Source: Eledone cirrhosa
Lineage: Eukaryota
NCBI GenBank assembly: GCA_964016885.1
Contig: OZ024751.1
Span: 1,860,001-1,924,000, forward strand
DNA length: 64,000 nucleotides
Reading direction: 5' to 3'
In this document: positions 23,601 through 36,300 of the stretch, piece after piece
How positions within the stretch are numbered: the stretch's first letter is position 1
Layout: the number at the start of each line of letters is the position of its first letter
Position numbers and translations under genes: made by a program
Notes under the pieces: generated by a model
Database searches by the model: none
What the model saw: only the letters and a program-made list of their open reading frames with translations
Told to the model about the DNA's origin: nothing

Positions 23601-26290
23601 TGTTACTGTTGTTGGTGTTGGTGGTGTTACTGTTGTTGGTGTTGTTGGTGTTACTGTTGTTGGTGTTGTTGGTGTTACTGTTGTTGGTGTTACTGTTGTT
23701 GGTGTTGTTTTTGTTGGTGTTGGTGGTGTTGGTTTTACTGTTGTTGGTGTTGTTGGTGTTACGGCTGTTGGTGTTGTTGGAGTTACTCTTGTTGGTGTTG
23801 TTAGTATTACTGTTGTTGGTGTTGTTGGTGTTACTGTTGTTGGTGTTGGTGGTCTTATTATTGTTGGTGTTGTTGGTATTACTGTTGTTGGTGTTGTTGG
23901 TGTTACTGTTGTTGGTGTTGTTGGTGTTACTGTTGTTGGTGTTGTTGGTTTTACTGTTGTTGGTGTTGTTGGTGTTACTGTTGATGGTGTTGTTGGTGTT
24001 ACTGTTGTTGGTGTTGTTGGTGTTACTGTTGTTGGTGTTGTTGGTGTTACTGTTGTTGGTTTTGGTGTTACTGTTGTTGGTGTTGTTAGTGTTACTGTTG
24101 TTGGTGTTGGTGTTGGTGTTACTGTTGTTGGTGTTGTTGGTGTTACTGTTGTGGTGTTGTTAGTGTTACTGTTGTTGGTGTTGTTAGTGTTACTGTTGTT
24201 GGTTTTGTTGGTGTTACTGTTGTTGGTGTTGTCAGTGTTACTGTTGTTGGTGTTGTTAGTGTTACTGTTGTTGGTGTTGTTGGTGTTACTGTTGTTGGTG
24301 TTGTTAGTATTACTGTTGTTGGTGTTGGTGGTGTTACTGTTGTTGGTGTTGTTGGTGTTACTGTTGTTGGTGTTGTTGGTGTTACTGTTGTTGGTGTTGT
24401 TAGTGTTACTGTTGTTGGTGTTATTGGTGTTACTGTTGTTGGTGTTGTTGGTGTTACTGTTGTTGGTGTTGTTAGTATTACTGTTGTTGGTGTTGGTGGT
24501 GTTACTGTTGTTGGTGTTGTTAGTATTACTGTTGTTGGTGTTGGTGGTGTTACTGTTGTTGGTGTTGTTGGTGTTACTGTTGTTGGTGTTGTTTGTGTTA
24601 CTGTTGTTGGTGTTGGTGGTGTTACTGTTGTTGGTGTTACTGTTGTTGGTGTTGTTGGTGTTACTGTTGTTGGTGTTGTTGGTGTTACTGTTGTTGGTGG
24701 TGTTGGTGTTACTGTTGTTGGTGTTGTTGGTGTTACTGTTATTGGTGTTGGTGGTGTTACTGTTGTTGGTGTTGTTGGTGTTACTGTTGTTGGTGTCACT
24801 GTTGTTGATGTTGTTGGTGTTACTGTTGTTGATGGTGTTGGTGTTACTGTTGTTGGTGTTGTTGGTGTTACTGTTGTTGGTGTTGTTTGTGTTACTGTAG
24901 TTGATGTTGTTGGTGTTACTGTTGTTGGTGTTGTTGGTGTTACTGTTGTTGGTGTTGTTGGTGTTACTGCTTTGGTGTTGTTGGTGTTACTTTTGTTGGT
25001 GTTGTTGGTGTTACTGTTGTACGTGTTGTTGGTGTTACTGTTGTTGGTGTTGTTGGTGTTACTGTTGTTGATGTTATTAGTGTTACTGTTGTTGGTGTTG
25101 GTGGTGTAACTGTTGTTGGTGTTGTTGGTGTTACTGTTATTGGTGTTACTGTTGTTGGTGTTGGTGGTGTGACTGTTGTTGGTGTTGTTGGTGTTACTGT
25201 TGTTGGTGTTGTTAGTGTTACTGTTGTTGGTGTTGTTAGTGTTACTGTTGTTGTTGTTGTTGGTGTTACTGTTGTTGGTGTTGTTAGTGTTACTGTTGTT
25301 GGTGTTGTTATTGTTACTGTTGTTGGTGTTGTTGGTGTTACTGTTGTTGGTGTTGTTAGTGTTACTGTTGTTGGTGTTGTTAGTGTTACTGTTGTTGGTG
25401 TTGTTGGTGTTACTGTTGTTGGTGTTGTTAGTGTTACTGTTGTTGGTGTTGTTGGTGTTACTGTTGTTGGTGTTGTTTGTGTTACTGTAGTTGGTGTTGT
25501 TGGTGTTACTGTTGTTGGTGTTGTTGGTGTTACTGTTGTTGGTGTTGTTGGTGTTACTGCTTTGGTGTTGTTGGTGTTACTTTTGTTGGTGTTGTTGGTG
25601 TTACTGTTGTACGTGTTGTTGGTGTTACTGTTGTTGGTGTTGTTGGTGTTACTGTTGTTGATGTTATTAGTGTTACTGTTGTTGGTGTTGGTGGTGTAAC
25701 TGTTGTTGGTGTTGTTGGTGTTACTGTTATTGGTGTTACTGTTGTTGGTGTTGGTGGTGTGACTGTTGTTGGTGTTGTTGGTGTTACTGTTGTTGGTGTT
25801 GTTAGTGTTACTGTTTTTGGTGTTGTTAGTGTTACTGTTGTTGTTGTTGTTGGTGTTACTGTTGTTGGTGTTGTTAGTGTTACTGTTGTTGGTGTTGTTA
25901 TTGTTACTGTTGTTGGTGTTGTTGGTGTTACTGTTGTTGGTGTTGTTGGTGTTACTGTTGTTGGTGTTGTTGGTGTTACTGTTGTTGGTGTTGTTGGTGT
26001 TAATGTTGTTGGTGTTATTAGTGTTACTGTTGTTGGTGTTGTTAGTGTTACTGTTGTTGGTGTTGTTGGTGTTACTGTTGTTGGTGTTGGTGGTGTTACT
26101 GTTGTTGGTGTTGTTGGTGTTACTGTTGTTGGTGTTGTTGGTGTTACTGTTGTTGGTGTTATTAGTGTTACTGTTGTTGGTGTTGTTATTGTTACTGTTG
26201 TTGGTGTTGTTGGTGTTACTGTTGTTGGTGTTGTTGGTGTTACTGTTGTTGGTGTTATTAGTGTTACTGTTGTTGGTGTTGTTAGTGTTA
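20640..26290. repeat. Higher-order tandem duplication, 2 x 2,826 bp, each containing a nested 590-bp duplication
   Basis: ORF pairs 21317/24143, 21767/24593, 22343/25169 and 22651/25477 are offset by 2,826. The rare GTACGT variant lies at 22193, 22783, 25019 and 25609 (spacing 590, 2236, 590). Confidence 0.93.
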
Positions 26291-27339
26291 CTGTTGTTGG
26301 TGTTGTTAGTGTTACTGTTGTTGGTGTTGTTGGTGTTAATGTTGTTGGTTTTGTTTGTGTTACTGTTGTTGGTGTTGGTGGTGTTACTGTTGTTGGTGTT
26401 ACTGTTGTTGGTGTTGTTGGTGTTACTGTTGTTGGTGTTGTTGGTGTTACTGTTGTTGGTGGTGTTGGTGTTACTGTTGTTGGTGTTGTTGGTGTTACTG
26501 TTATTGGTGTTGGTGGTGTTACTGTTGTTGGTGTTGTTGGTGTTACTGTTGTTGGTGTTGTTGGTGTTACTGTTGTTGATGTTGTTGGTGTTAATGTTGT
26601 TGATGGTGTTGGTGTTACTGTTGTTGGTGTTGTTTGTGTTACTGTTGTTGGTGTTGTTGGTGTTACTGTTGTTGGTGTTGTTAGTGTTACTGTTGTTGGT
26701 GTTGTTGGTGTTACTGTTGTTGGTGTTGTTTGTGTTACTGTTGTTGGTGTTGTTTGTGTTACTGTTGTTGGTGTTGTTGGTGTTACTGTTGTTGGTGTTG
26801 TTGGTGTTACTGCTTTGGTGTTGTTGGTGTTACTTTTGTTGGTGTTGTTGGTGTTACTGTTGTTCGTGTTGTTGGTGTTACTGTTGTTGGTGTTGTTGGT
26901 GTTACTGTTGTTGATGTTATTAGTGTTACTGTTGTTGGTGTTGGTGGTGTTACTGTTGTTGGTGTTGTTGGTGTTACTGTTATTGGTGTTATTGTTGTTG
27001 GTGTTGGTGGTGTGACTGTTGTTGGTGTTGTTGGTGTTACTGTTGTTGGTGTTGTTAGTGTTACTGTTGTTGGTGTTGTTAGTGTTACTGTTGTTGGTGT
27101 TGTTGGTGTTACTGTTGTTGGTGTTGTTAGTGTTACTGTTGTTGGTGTTGTTATTGTTACTGTTGTTGGTGTTGCTGGTGTTACTGTTGTTGGTGTTGTT
27201 GGTGTTACTGTTGTTGGTGTTGTTGGTGTTACTGTTGTTGGTGTTGTTGGTGTTACTGTTGTTGGTGTTATTAGTGTTACTGTTGTTGGTGTTGTTAGTG
27301 TTACTGTTGTTGGTGTTGTTGGTGTTAATGTTGTTGGTG

Positions 27340-30300
27340 TTGTTGGTGTTACTGTTGTTGGTGTTGTTGGTGTTACTGTTGTTGGTGTTGTTAGTGTTAC
27401 TGTTGTTGGTGTTGTTAGTGTTACTGTTGTTGGTGTTGTTGGTGTTACTGTTGTTGGTGTTGTTGGTGTTACTTTTGTTGGTGTTGTTAGTGTTACTGTT
27501 GTTGGTGTTGTTAGTGTTACTGTTGTTGGTTTTGTTGGTGTTACTGTTGTTGGTGTTGTTGGTGTTACTGTTGTTGGTGTTATTTGTGTTAATGTTGTTG
27601 GTGTTGTTTGTGTTACTGTTGTTGGTGTTGTTGGTGTTACTGTTGTTGGTGTTATTGGTGTTACTGTTGTTGGTGTTATTTGTGTTACTGTTGTTGGTGT
27701 TGTTGGTGTTACTGTTGTTGGTGTTATTGGTGTTACTGTTGTTGGTGTTGTTGGTGTTACTGTTGTTGGTGTTGTTAGTGTTACTGTTGTTGGTGTTGTT
27801 AGTGTTACTGTTGTTGGTGTTGTTGGTGTTACTGTTGTTGGTGTTGTTGGTGTTACTGTTGTTGGTGTTGTTAGTGTTACTGTTGTTGGTGTTGTTAGTG
27901 TTACTGTTGTTGGTGTTGTTGGTGTTACTGTTGTTGGTGTTGTTGGTGTTACTGTTGTTGGTGTTCTTAGTGTTACTGTTGTTGGTGTTGTTTGTGTTAC
28001 TGTTGTTGGTGTTGTTGGTGTTACTGTTGTTGGTGTTATTGGTGTTACTGATGTTGGTGTTGTTGGTGTTACTGTTGTTGGTGTTGTTGGTGTTACTGTT
28101 GTTGGTGCTGTTAGTATTAATGTTGTTGGTGCTGTTAGTATTAATGTTGTTGGTGTCGTTGGTGTTACTGTTGTTGGTGTTGGTGGTGTTACTGTTGTCG
28201 GTGTTGTTGGAGTTACTGCTGTTGTTGTTGTTGGTGTTACTGTTGTTGGTGTTATTGGTGTTACTGTTGTTGGTGTTGTTGGTGTTGTTTGTGTTACTGT
28301 TGTTGGTGTTGTTGGTGTTACTGTTATTGGTGTTGTTGGTGTTACTGTTGTTGGTGTTGTTGGTGTTACTGTTGTGGTGTTGTTAGTGTTAATGTTGTTG
28401 GTGTTGTTATTGTTACTGTTGTTGGTTTTGTTGGTATTACTGTTGTTGGTGTTATTGGTGTTACTGTTGTTGGTGTTGTTGGTGTTACTGTTGTTGGTGT
28501 TGTTAGTGTTACTGTTGTTGGTGTTGTTAGTATTAATGTTGTTGGTGTCGTTGGTGTTACTGTTGTTGGTGTTGGTGGTGTTACTGTTGTTGGTGTTGTT
28601 GGTGTTACTGTTGTTGGTGTTGTTCGTGTTACTGTTGTTGGTGTTTGTGTTACTGTTGTTGGTGTTGTTAGTGTTACTGTTGTTGGTGTTGGTGTTGGTG
28701 TTACTGTTGTTGGTGTTGTTGGTGTTACTGTTGTTGGTGTTGTTGGTGTTACTGTTATGGTGTTGTTAGTGTTACTGTTGTTGGTGTTGTTGGTGTTACT
28801 GTTGTTGGTGTTGTTGGTGTTACTGTTGTGGTGTTGTTAGTGTTAATGTTGTTGGTGTTGTTATTGTTACTGTTGTTGGTTTTGTTGGTATTACTGTTGT
28901 TGGTGTTATTGGTGTTACTGTTGTTGGTTTTGTTGGTGTTACTGTTGTTGGTGTTGTCAGTGTTACTGTTGTTGGTGTTGTTAGTGTTACTGTTGTTGGT
29001 GTTGTTATTGTTACTGTTGTTGGTGTTGGTGGTGTTAATGTTGTTGGTGTTGTTGGTGTTACTGTTGTTGGTGTTGTTGGTGTTACTGTTGTTGGTGTTG
29101 TTGGTGTTACTGTTGTTGGTGTTATTAGTGTTACTGTTGTTGGTGTTGTTAGTGTTACTGTTGTTGGTGTTGTTGGTGTTAATGTTGCTGGTGTTGTTGG
29201 TGTTACTGTTGTTGGTGTTGTTGGTGTTTCTGTTGTTGGTGTTGTTAGTGTTACTGTTGTTGGTGTTGTTAGTGTTACTGTTGTCGGCGTTGTTGGTGTT
29301 ACTGTTGTTGGTGTTGTTGGTGTTACTTTTGTTGGTGTTGTTAGTGTTACTGTTGTTGGTGTTGTTAGAGTCACTGTTGTTGGTGTTGTTGGTGTTACTG
29401 TTGTTGGTGCTGTTTGTGTTACTGTTGTTGGTGTTGGTGGTGTTACTGTTGTTGGTGTTGTTGGTGTTACTGTTGTTGGTGTTGTTGGTGTTACTGTTGT
29501 TGGTGTTACTGTTGTTGGTGTTATTAGTGTTAATGTTGTTGGTGTTGTTTGTGTTACTGTTGTTGGTGTTGTTGGTGTTACTGTTGTTGGTGTTATTGGT
29601 GTTACTGTTGTTGGTGTTGTTGGTGTTACTGTTGTTGGTGTTGTTAGTGTTACTGTTGTTGGTGTTGTTAGTGTTACTGTTGTTGGCGTTGTTGGTGTTA
29701 CTGTTGTTGGTGTTGTTGGTGTTACTGTTGTTGGTGTTGTTAGTGTTACTGTGTTGGTGTTGTTAGTGTTACTGTTGTTGGTGTTGTTATGTTACTGTTG
29801 TTGGTATTGTTGGTGTTACTGTTGTTGGTGTTATTATTGTTACTGTTGTTGGTGTTGTTTGTGTTACTGTTGTTGGTGTTGTTGGTGTTACTGTTGTTGG
29901 TGTTATTGGTGTTACTGATGTTGGTGTTGTTGGTGTTACTGTTGTTGGTGTTGTTGGTGTTACTGTTGTTGGTGTTGTTAGTATTAATGTTGTTGGTGTC
30001 GTTGGTGTTACTGTTGTTGGTGTTGTTGGTGTTACTGTTGTTGGTGTTGTTGGAGTTACTGTTGTTGTTGTTGGTGTTACTGTTGTTGGTGTTATTGGTG
30101 TTACTGTTGTTGGTGTGGTTGGTGTTGTTTGTGTTACTGTTGTTGGTGTTGTTGGTGTTACTGTTATTGGTGTTGTTGGTGTTACTGTTGTTGGTGTTGT
30201 TGGTGTTACTGTTGTGGTGTTGTTAGTGTTACTGTTGTTGGTGTTGTTATTGTTACTGTTGTTGGTTTTGTTGGTGTTACTGTTGTTGGTGTTATTGGTG

Positions 30301-33300
30301 TTACTGTTGTTGGTGTTGTTGGTGTTACTGTTGTTGGTGTTGTTGGTGTTACTGTTGTTGGTGTTGTTAGTATTAATGTTGTTGGTGTCGTTGGTGTTAC
30401 TGTTGTTGGTGTTGGTGGTGTTACTGTTGTTGGTGTTGTTGGTGTTACTGTTGTTGGTGTTGTTCGTGTTACTGTTGTTGGTGTTGGTGTTACTGTTGTT
30501 GCTGTTGTTAGTGTTACTGTTGTTGGTGTTGGTGTTGGTGTTACTGTTGTTGGTGTTGTTGGTGTTACTGTTGTTGGTGTTGTTGGTGTTACTGTTGTGG
30601 TGTTGTTAGTGTTACTGTTGTTGGTGTTGTTAGTATTATTGTTGTTGGTTTTGTTGGTGTTACTGTTGTTGGTGTTGTCAGTGTTACTGTTGTTGGTGTT
30701 GTTAGTGTTACTGTTGTTGGTGTTGTTATTGTTACTGTTGTTGGTGTTGCTGGTGTTACTGTTGTTGGTGTTGTTGGTGTTACTGTTGTTGGTGTTGTTG
30801 GTGTTACTGTTGTTGGTGTTGTTGGTGTTACTGTTGTTGGTGTTATTAGTGTTACTGTTGTTGGTGTTGTTAGTGTTACTGTTGTTGGTGTTGTTGGTGT
30901 TACTGTTGTTGGTGTTGTTAGTGTTACTGTTGTTGGTGTTGTTGGTGTTACTGTTGTTGGTGTTGTTTGTGTTACTGTTGTTGGTTTTGTTGGTGTTACT
31001 GTTGTTGGTGTTGTTGGTGTTACTGTTGTTGGTGTTGTTGGTGTTACTGCTTTGGTGTTGTTGGTGTTACTTTTGTTGGTGTTGTTGGTGTTACTGTTGT
31101 TCGTGTTGTTGGTGTTACTGTTGTTGGTGTTGTTATTGTTACTGTTGTTGGTTTTGTTGGTATTACTGTTGTTGGTGTTATTGGTGTTACTGTTGTTGGT
31201 GTTACTGTTGTTGGTGTTGTTGGTGTTACTGTTGTTGGTGTTGTTAGTATTAATGTTGTTGGTGTCGTTGGTGTTACTGTTGTTGGTGTTGGTGGTGTTA
31301 CTGTTGTTGGTGTTGTTGGTGTTACTGTTGTTGGTGTTGTTCGTGTTACTGTTGTTGGTGTTGGTGTTACTGTTGTTGGTGTTGTTAGTGTTACTGTTGT
31401 TGGTGTTGGTGTTGGTGTTACTGTTGTTGGTGTTGTTGGTGTTACTGTTGTTGGTGTTGTTGGTGTTGCTGTTGTGGTGTTGTTAGTGTTACTGTTGTTG
31501 GTGTTGTTAGTGTTACTGTTGTTGGTTTTGTTGGTGTTACTGTTGTTGGTGTTGTCAGTGTTACTGTTGTTGGTGTTATTAGTGTTACTGTTGTTGGTGT
31601 TGTTATTGTTACTGTTGTTGGTGTTGCTGGTGTTACTGTTGTTGGTGTTGTTGGTGTTACTGTTGTTGGTGTTGTTGGTGTTACTGTTGTTGGTGTTGTT
31701 GGTGTTACTGTTGTTGGTGTTATTAGTGTTACTGTTGTTGGTGTTGTTAGTGTTACTGTTGTTGGTGTTGTTTGTGTTAATGTTGCTGGTGTTGTTGGTG
31801 TTACTGTTGTTGGTGTTGTTGGTGTTTCTGTTGTTGGTGTTGTTAGTGTTACTGTTGTTGGTGTTGTTAGTGTTACTGTTGTCGGTGTTGTTGGTGTTAC
31901 TGTTGTTGGTGTTGTTGGTGTTACTTTTGTTGGTGTTGTTAGTGTTACTGTTGTTGGTGTTGTTAGAGTCACTGTTGTTGGTGTTGTTGGTGTTACTGTT
32001 GTTGGTGTTGTTGGTGTTACTGTTGTTGGTGTTGCTGGTGTTACTGTTGTTGGTGTTGTTGGTGTTACTGTTGTTGGTGTTGTTGGTGTTACTGTTGTTG
32101 GTGTTGTTGGTGTTACTGTTGTTGGTGTTATTAGTGTTAATGTTGTTGGTGTTGTTTGTGTTACTGTTGTTGGTGTTGTTGGTGTTACTGTTGTTGGTGT
32201 TATTGGTGTTACTGTTGTTGGTGTTGTTGGTGTTACTGTTGTTGGTGTTGTTAGTGTTACTGTTGTTGGTGTTGTTAGTGTTACTGTTGTTGGCGTTATT
32301 GGTGTTACTGTTGTTGGTGTTGTTGGTGTTACTGTTGTTGGTGTTGTTAGTGTTACTGTGTTGGTGTTGTTAGTATTACTGTTGTTGGTGTTGTTGGTGT
32401 TACTGTTGTTGGTGTTGTTGGTGTTACTGTTGTTGGTGTTATTGGTGTTACTGTTGTTGGTGTTGTTGGTGTTACTGTTGTTGGTGTTATTAGTGTTACT
32501 GTTGTTGGTGTTGTTTGTGTTACTGTTGTTGGTGTTGTTGGTGTTACTGTTGTTGGTGTTATTGGTGTTACTGATGTTGGTGTTGTTGGTGTTACTGTTG
32601 TTGGTGTTGTTGGTGTTACTGTTGTTGGTGTTGTTAGTATTAATGTTGTTGGTGTCGTTGGTGTTACTGTTGTTGGTGTTGTTGGTGTTACTGTTGTTGG
32701 TGTTGTTGGAGTTACTGTTGTTGTTGTTGTTGGTGTTACTGTTGTTGGTGTTATTGGTGTTACTGTTGTTGGTGTGGTTGGTGTTGTTTGTGTTACTTTT
32801 GTTGGTGTTGTTGGTGTTACTGTTATTGGTGTTGTTGGTGTTACTGTTGTTGGTGTTGTTGGTGTTACTGTTGTGGTGTTGTTAGTGTTACTGTTGTTGG
32901 TGTTGTTATTGTTACTGTTGTTGGTTTTGTTGGTGTTACTGTTGTTGGTGTTATTGGTGTTACTGTTGTTGGTGTTGGTGGTGTTACTGTTGTTGGTGTT
33001 GTTGGTGTTACTGTTGTTGGTGTTGTTCGTGTTACTGTTGTTGGTGTTGGTGTTACTGTTGTTGGTGTTGTTAGTGTTACTGTTGTTGGTGTTGGTGTTG
33101 GTGTTACTGTTGTTGGTGTTGTTGGTGTTACTGTTGTTGGTGTTACTGTTGTGGTGTTGTTAGTGTTACTGTTGTTGGTGTTGTAAGTGTTACTGTTGTT
33201 GGTTTTGTTGGTGTTACTGTTGTTGGTGTTGTCAGTGTTACTGTTGTTGGTGTTGTTAGTGTTACTGTTGTTGGTGTTGTTATTGTTACTGTTGTTGGTG

Positions 33301-36300
33301 TTGCTGGTGTTACTGTTGTTGGTGTTGTTGGTGTTACTGTTGTTGGTGTTGTTGGTGTTACTGTTGTTGGTGTTGTTGGTGTTACTGTTGTTGGTGTTAT
33401 TAGCGTTACTGTTGTTGGTGTTGTTAGTGTTACTGTTGTTGGTGTTGTTGGTGTTACTGTTGTTGGTGTTGTTAGTGTTACTGTTGTTGGTGTTGTTGGT
33501 GTTACTGTTGTTGGTGTTGTTTGTGTTACTGTTGTTGGTGTTGTTGGTGTTACTGTTGTTGGTGTTGTTGGTGTTACTGTTGTTGGTGTTGTTGGTGTTA
33601 CTGCTTTGGTGTTGTTGGTGTTACTTTTGTTGGTGTTGTTGGTGTTACTGTTGTTCGTGTTGTTGGTGTTACTGTTGTTGGTGTTGTTGGTGTTACTGTT
33701 GTTGGTGTTCTTGGTGTTACTGTTATTGGTGTTACTGTTGTTGGTGTTGGTGGTGTGACTGTTGTTGGTGTTGTTGGTGTTACTGTTGTTGGTGTTGTTA
33801 GTGTTACTGTTGTTGGTGTTGTTAGTGTTACTGTTGTTGGTATTGTTGGTGTTACTGTTGTTGGTGTTGTTAGTGTTACTGTTGTTGGTGTTGTTATTGT
33901 TACTGTTGTTGGTGTTGCTGGTGTTACTGTTGTTGGTGTTGTTGGTGTTACTGTTGTTGGTGTTGTTGGTGTTACTGTTGTTGGTGTTGTTGGTGTTACT
34001 GTTGTTGGTGTTATTAGTGTTACTGTTGTTTGTGTTGTTAGTGTTACTGTTGTTGGTGTTGTTGGTGTTAATGTTGTTGGTGTTGTTGGTGTTACTGTTG
34101 TTGGTCTTGTTGGTGTTACTGTTGTTGGTGTTGTTAGTGTTACTGTTGTTGGTGTTGTTAGTGTTACTGTTGTTGGTGTTGTTTGTGTTAATGTTGCTGG
34201 TGTTGTTGGTGTTACTGTTGTTGGTGTTGTTGGTGTTTCTGTTGTTGGTGTTGTTAGTGTTACTGTTGTTGGTGTTGTTAGTGTTAATGTTGTCGGTGTT
34301 GTTGGTGTTACTGTTGTTGGTGTTGTTGGTGTTACTTTTGTTTGTTGGTGTTGTTAGTGTTACTGTTGTTGGTGTTGTTAGAGTCACTGTTGTTGGTGTT
34401 GTTGGTGTTACTGTTGTTGGTGTTGTTGGTGTTACTGTTGTTGGTGTTGCTGGTGTTACTGTTGTTGGTGTTGTTGGTGTTACTGTTGTTGGTGTTGTTG
34501 GTGTTACTGTTGTTGGTGTTGTTGGTGTTACTGTTGTTGGTGTTATTAGTGTTAATGTTGTTGGTGTTGTTTGTGTTACTGTTGTTGGTGTTGTTGGTGT
34601 TACTGTTGTTGGTGTTATTGGTGTTACTGTTGTTGGTGTTGTTGGTGTTACTGTTGTTGGTGTTGTTAGTGTTACTGTTGTTGGTGTTGTTAGTGTTACT
34701 GTTGTTGGCGTTGTTGGTGTTACTGTCGTTGGTGTTGTTGGTGTTACTGTTGTTGGTGTTGTTAGTGTTACTGTGTTGGTGTTGTTAGTGTTACTGTTGT
34801 TGGTGTTGTTGGTGTTACTGTTGTTGGTGTTGTTGGTGTTACTGTTGTTGGTGTTATTAGTGTTACTGTTGTTGGTGTTGTTTGTGTTACTGTTGTTGGT
34901 GTTGTTGGTGTTACTGTTGTTGGTGTCATTGGTGTTACTGATGTTGGTGTTGTTGGTGTTACTGTTGTTGGTGTTGTTGGTGTTACTGTTGTTGGTGTTG
35001 TTAGTATTAATGTTGTTGGTGTCGTTGGTGTTACTGTTGTTGGTGTTGTTGGTGTTACTGTTGTTGGTGTTGTTGGAGTTACTGTTGTTGTTGTTGTTGG
35101 TGTTACTGTTGTTGGTGTTATTGGTGTTACTGTTGTTGGTGTGGTTGGTGTTGTTTGTGTTACTTTTGTTGGTGTTGTTGGAGTTACTGTTGTTGTTGTT
35201 GTTGGTGTTACTGTTATTGGTTTTGTTGGTGTTACTGTTGTTGGTGTTGTTGGTGTTACTGTTGTGGTGTTGTTAGCGTTACTGTTGTTGGTGTTGTTAT
35301 TGTTACTGTTGTTGGTTTTGTTGGTGTTACTGTTGTTGGTGTTATTGGTGTTACTGTTGTTGGTGTTGTTGGTGTTACTGTTGTTGGTGTTGTTGGTGTT
35401 ACTGTTGTTGGTGTTGTTAGTATTAATGTTGTTGGTGTCGTTGGTGTTACTGTTGTTGGTGTTGGTGATGTTACTGTTGTTGGTGTTGTTGGTGTCACTG
35501 TTGTTGGTGTTGTTCGTGTTACTGTTGTTGGTGTTGGTGTTACTGTTGTTGGTGTTGTTAGTGTTACTGTTGTTGGTGTTGGTGTTGGTGTTACTGTTGT
35601 TGGTGTTGTTGGTGTTACTGTTGTTGGTGTTGTTGGTGTTACTGTTGTGGTGTTGTTAGTGTTACTGTTGTTGGTGTTGTTAGTGTTACTGTTGTTGGTT
35701 TTGTTGGTGTTACTGTTGTTGGTGTTGTCAGTGTTACTGTTGTTGGTGTTGTTAGTGTTACTGTTGTTGGTGTTGTTATTGTTACTGTTGTTGGTGTTGC
35801 TGGTGTTACTGTTGTTGGTGTTGTTGGTGTTACTGTTGTTGGTGTTGTTGGTGTTACTGTTGTTGGTGTTGTTGGTGTTACTGTTGTTGGTGTTGTTAGT
35901 GTTACTGTTGTTGGTTTTGTTGGTGTTACTGTTGTTGGTGTTGTCAGTGTTACTGTTGTTGGTGTTGTTAGTGTTACTGTTGTTGGTGTTGTTATTGTTA
36001 CTGTTGTTGGTGTTGCTGGTGTTACTGTTGTTGGTGTTGTTAGTGTTACTGTTGTTGGTGTTGTTGGTGTTACTGTTGTTGGTGTTGTTAGTGTTACTGT
36101 TGTTGGTGTTGTTGGTGTTACTGTTGTTGGTGTTGTTTGTGTTACTGTTGTTGGTGTTGTTGGTGTTACTGTTGTTGGTGTTGTTGGTGTTACTGTTGTT
36201 GGTGTTGTTGGTGTTATTGCTTTGGTGTTGTTGGTGTTACTTTTGTTGGTGTTGTTGGTGTTACTGTTGTTCGTGTTGTTGGTGTTACTGTTGTTGGTGT

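Noticed and set aside
30109-30122. GTTGGTGTGGTTGG, matching 14 of 15 nt of the thrombin-binding G-quadruplex aptamer; also GGTGTTGGTGGTGTTGG variants
   Set aside because: The first GG tract is incomplete and such matches are expected by chance in a G/T-only repeat. The array has almost only G2 runs, so at most weak two-tier G4 potential.
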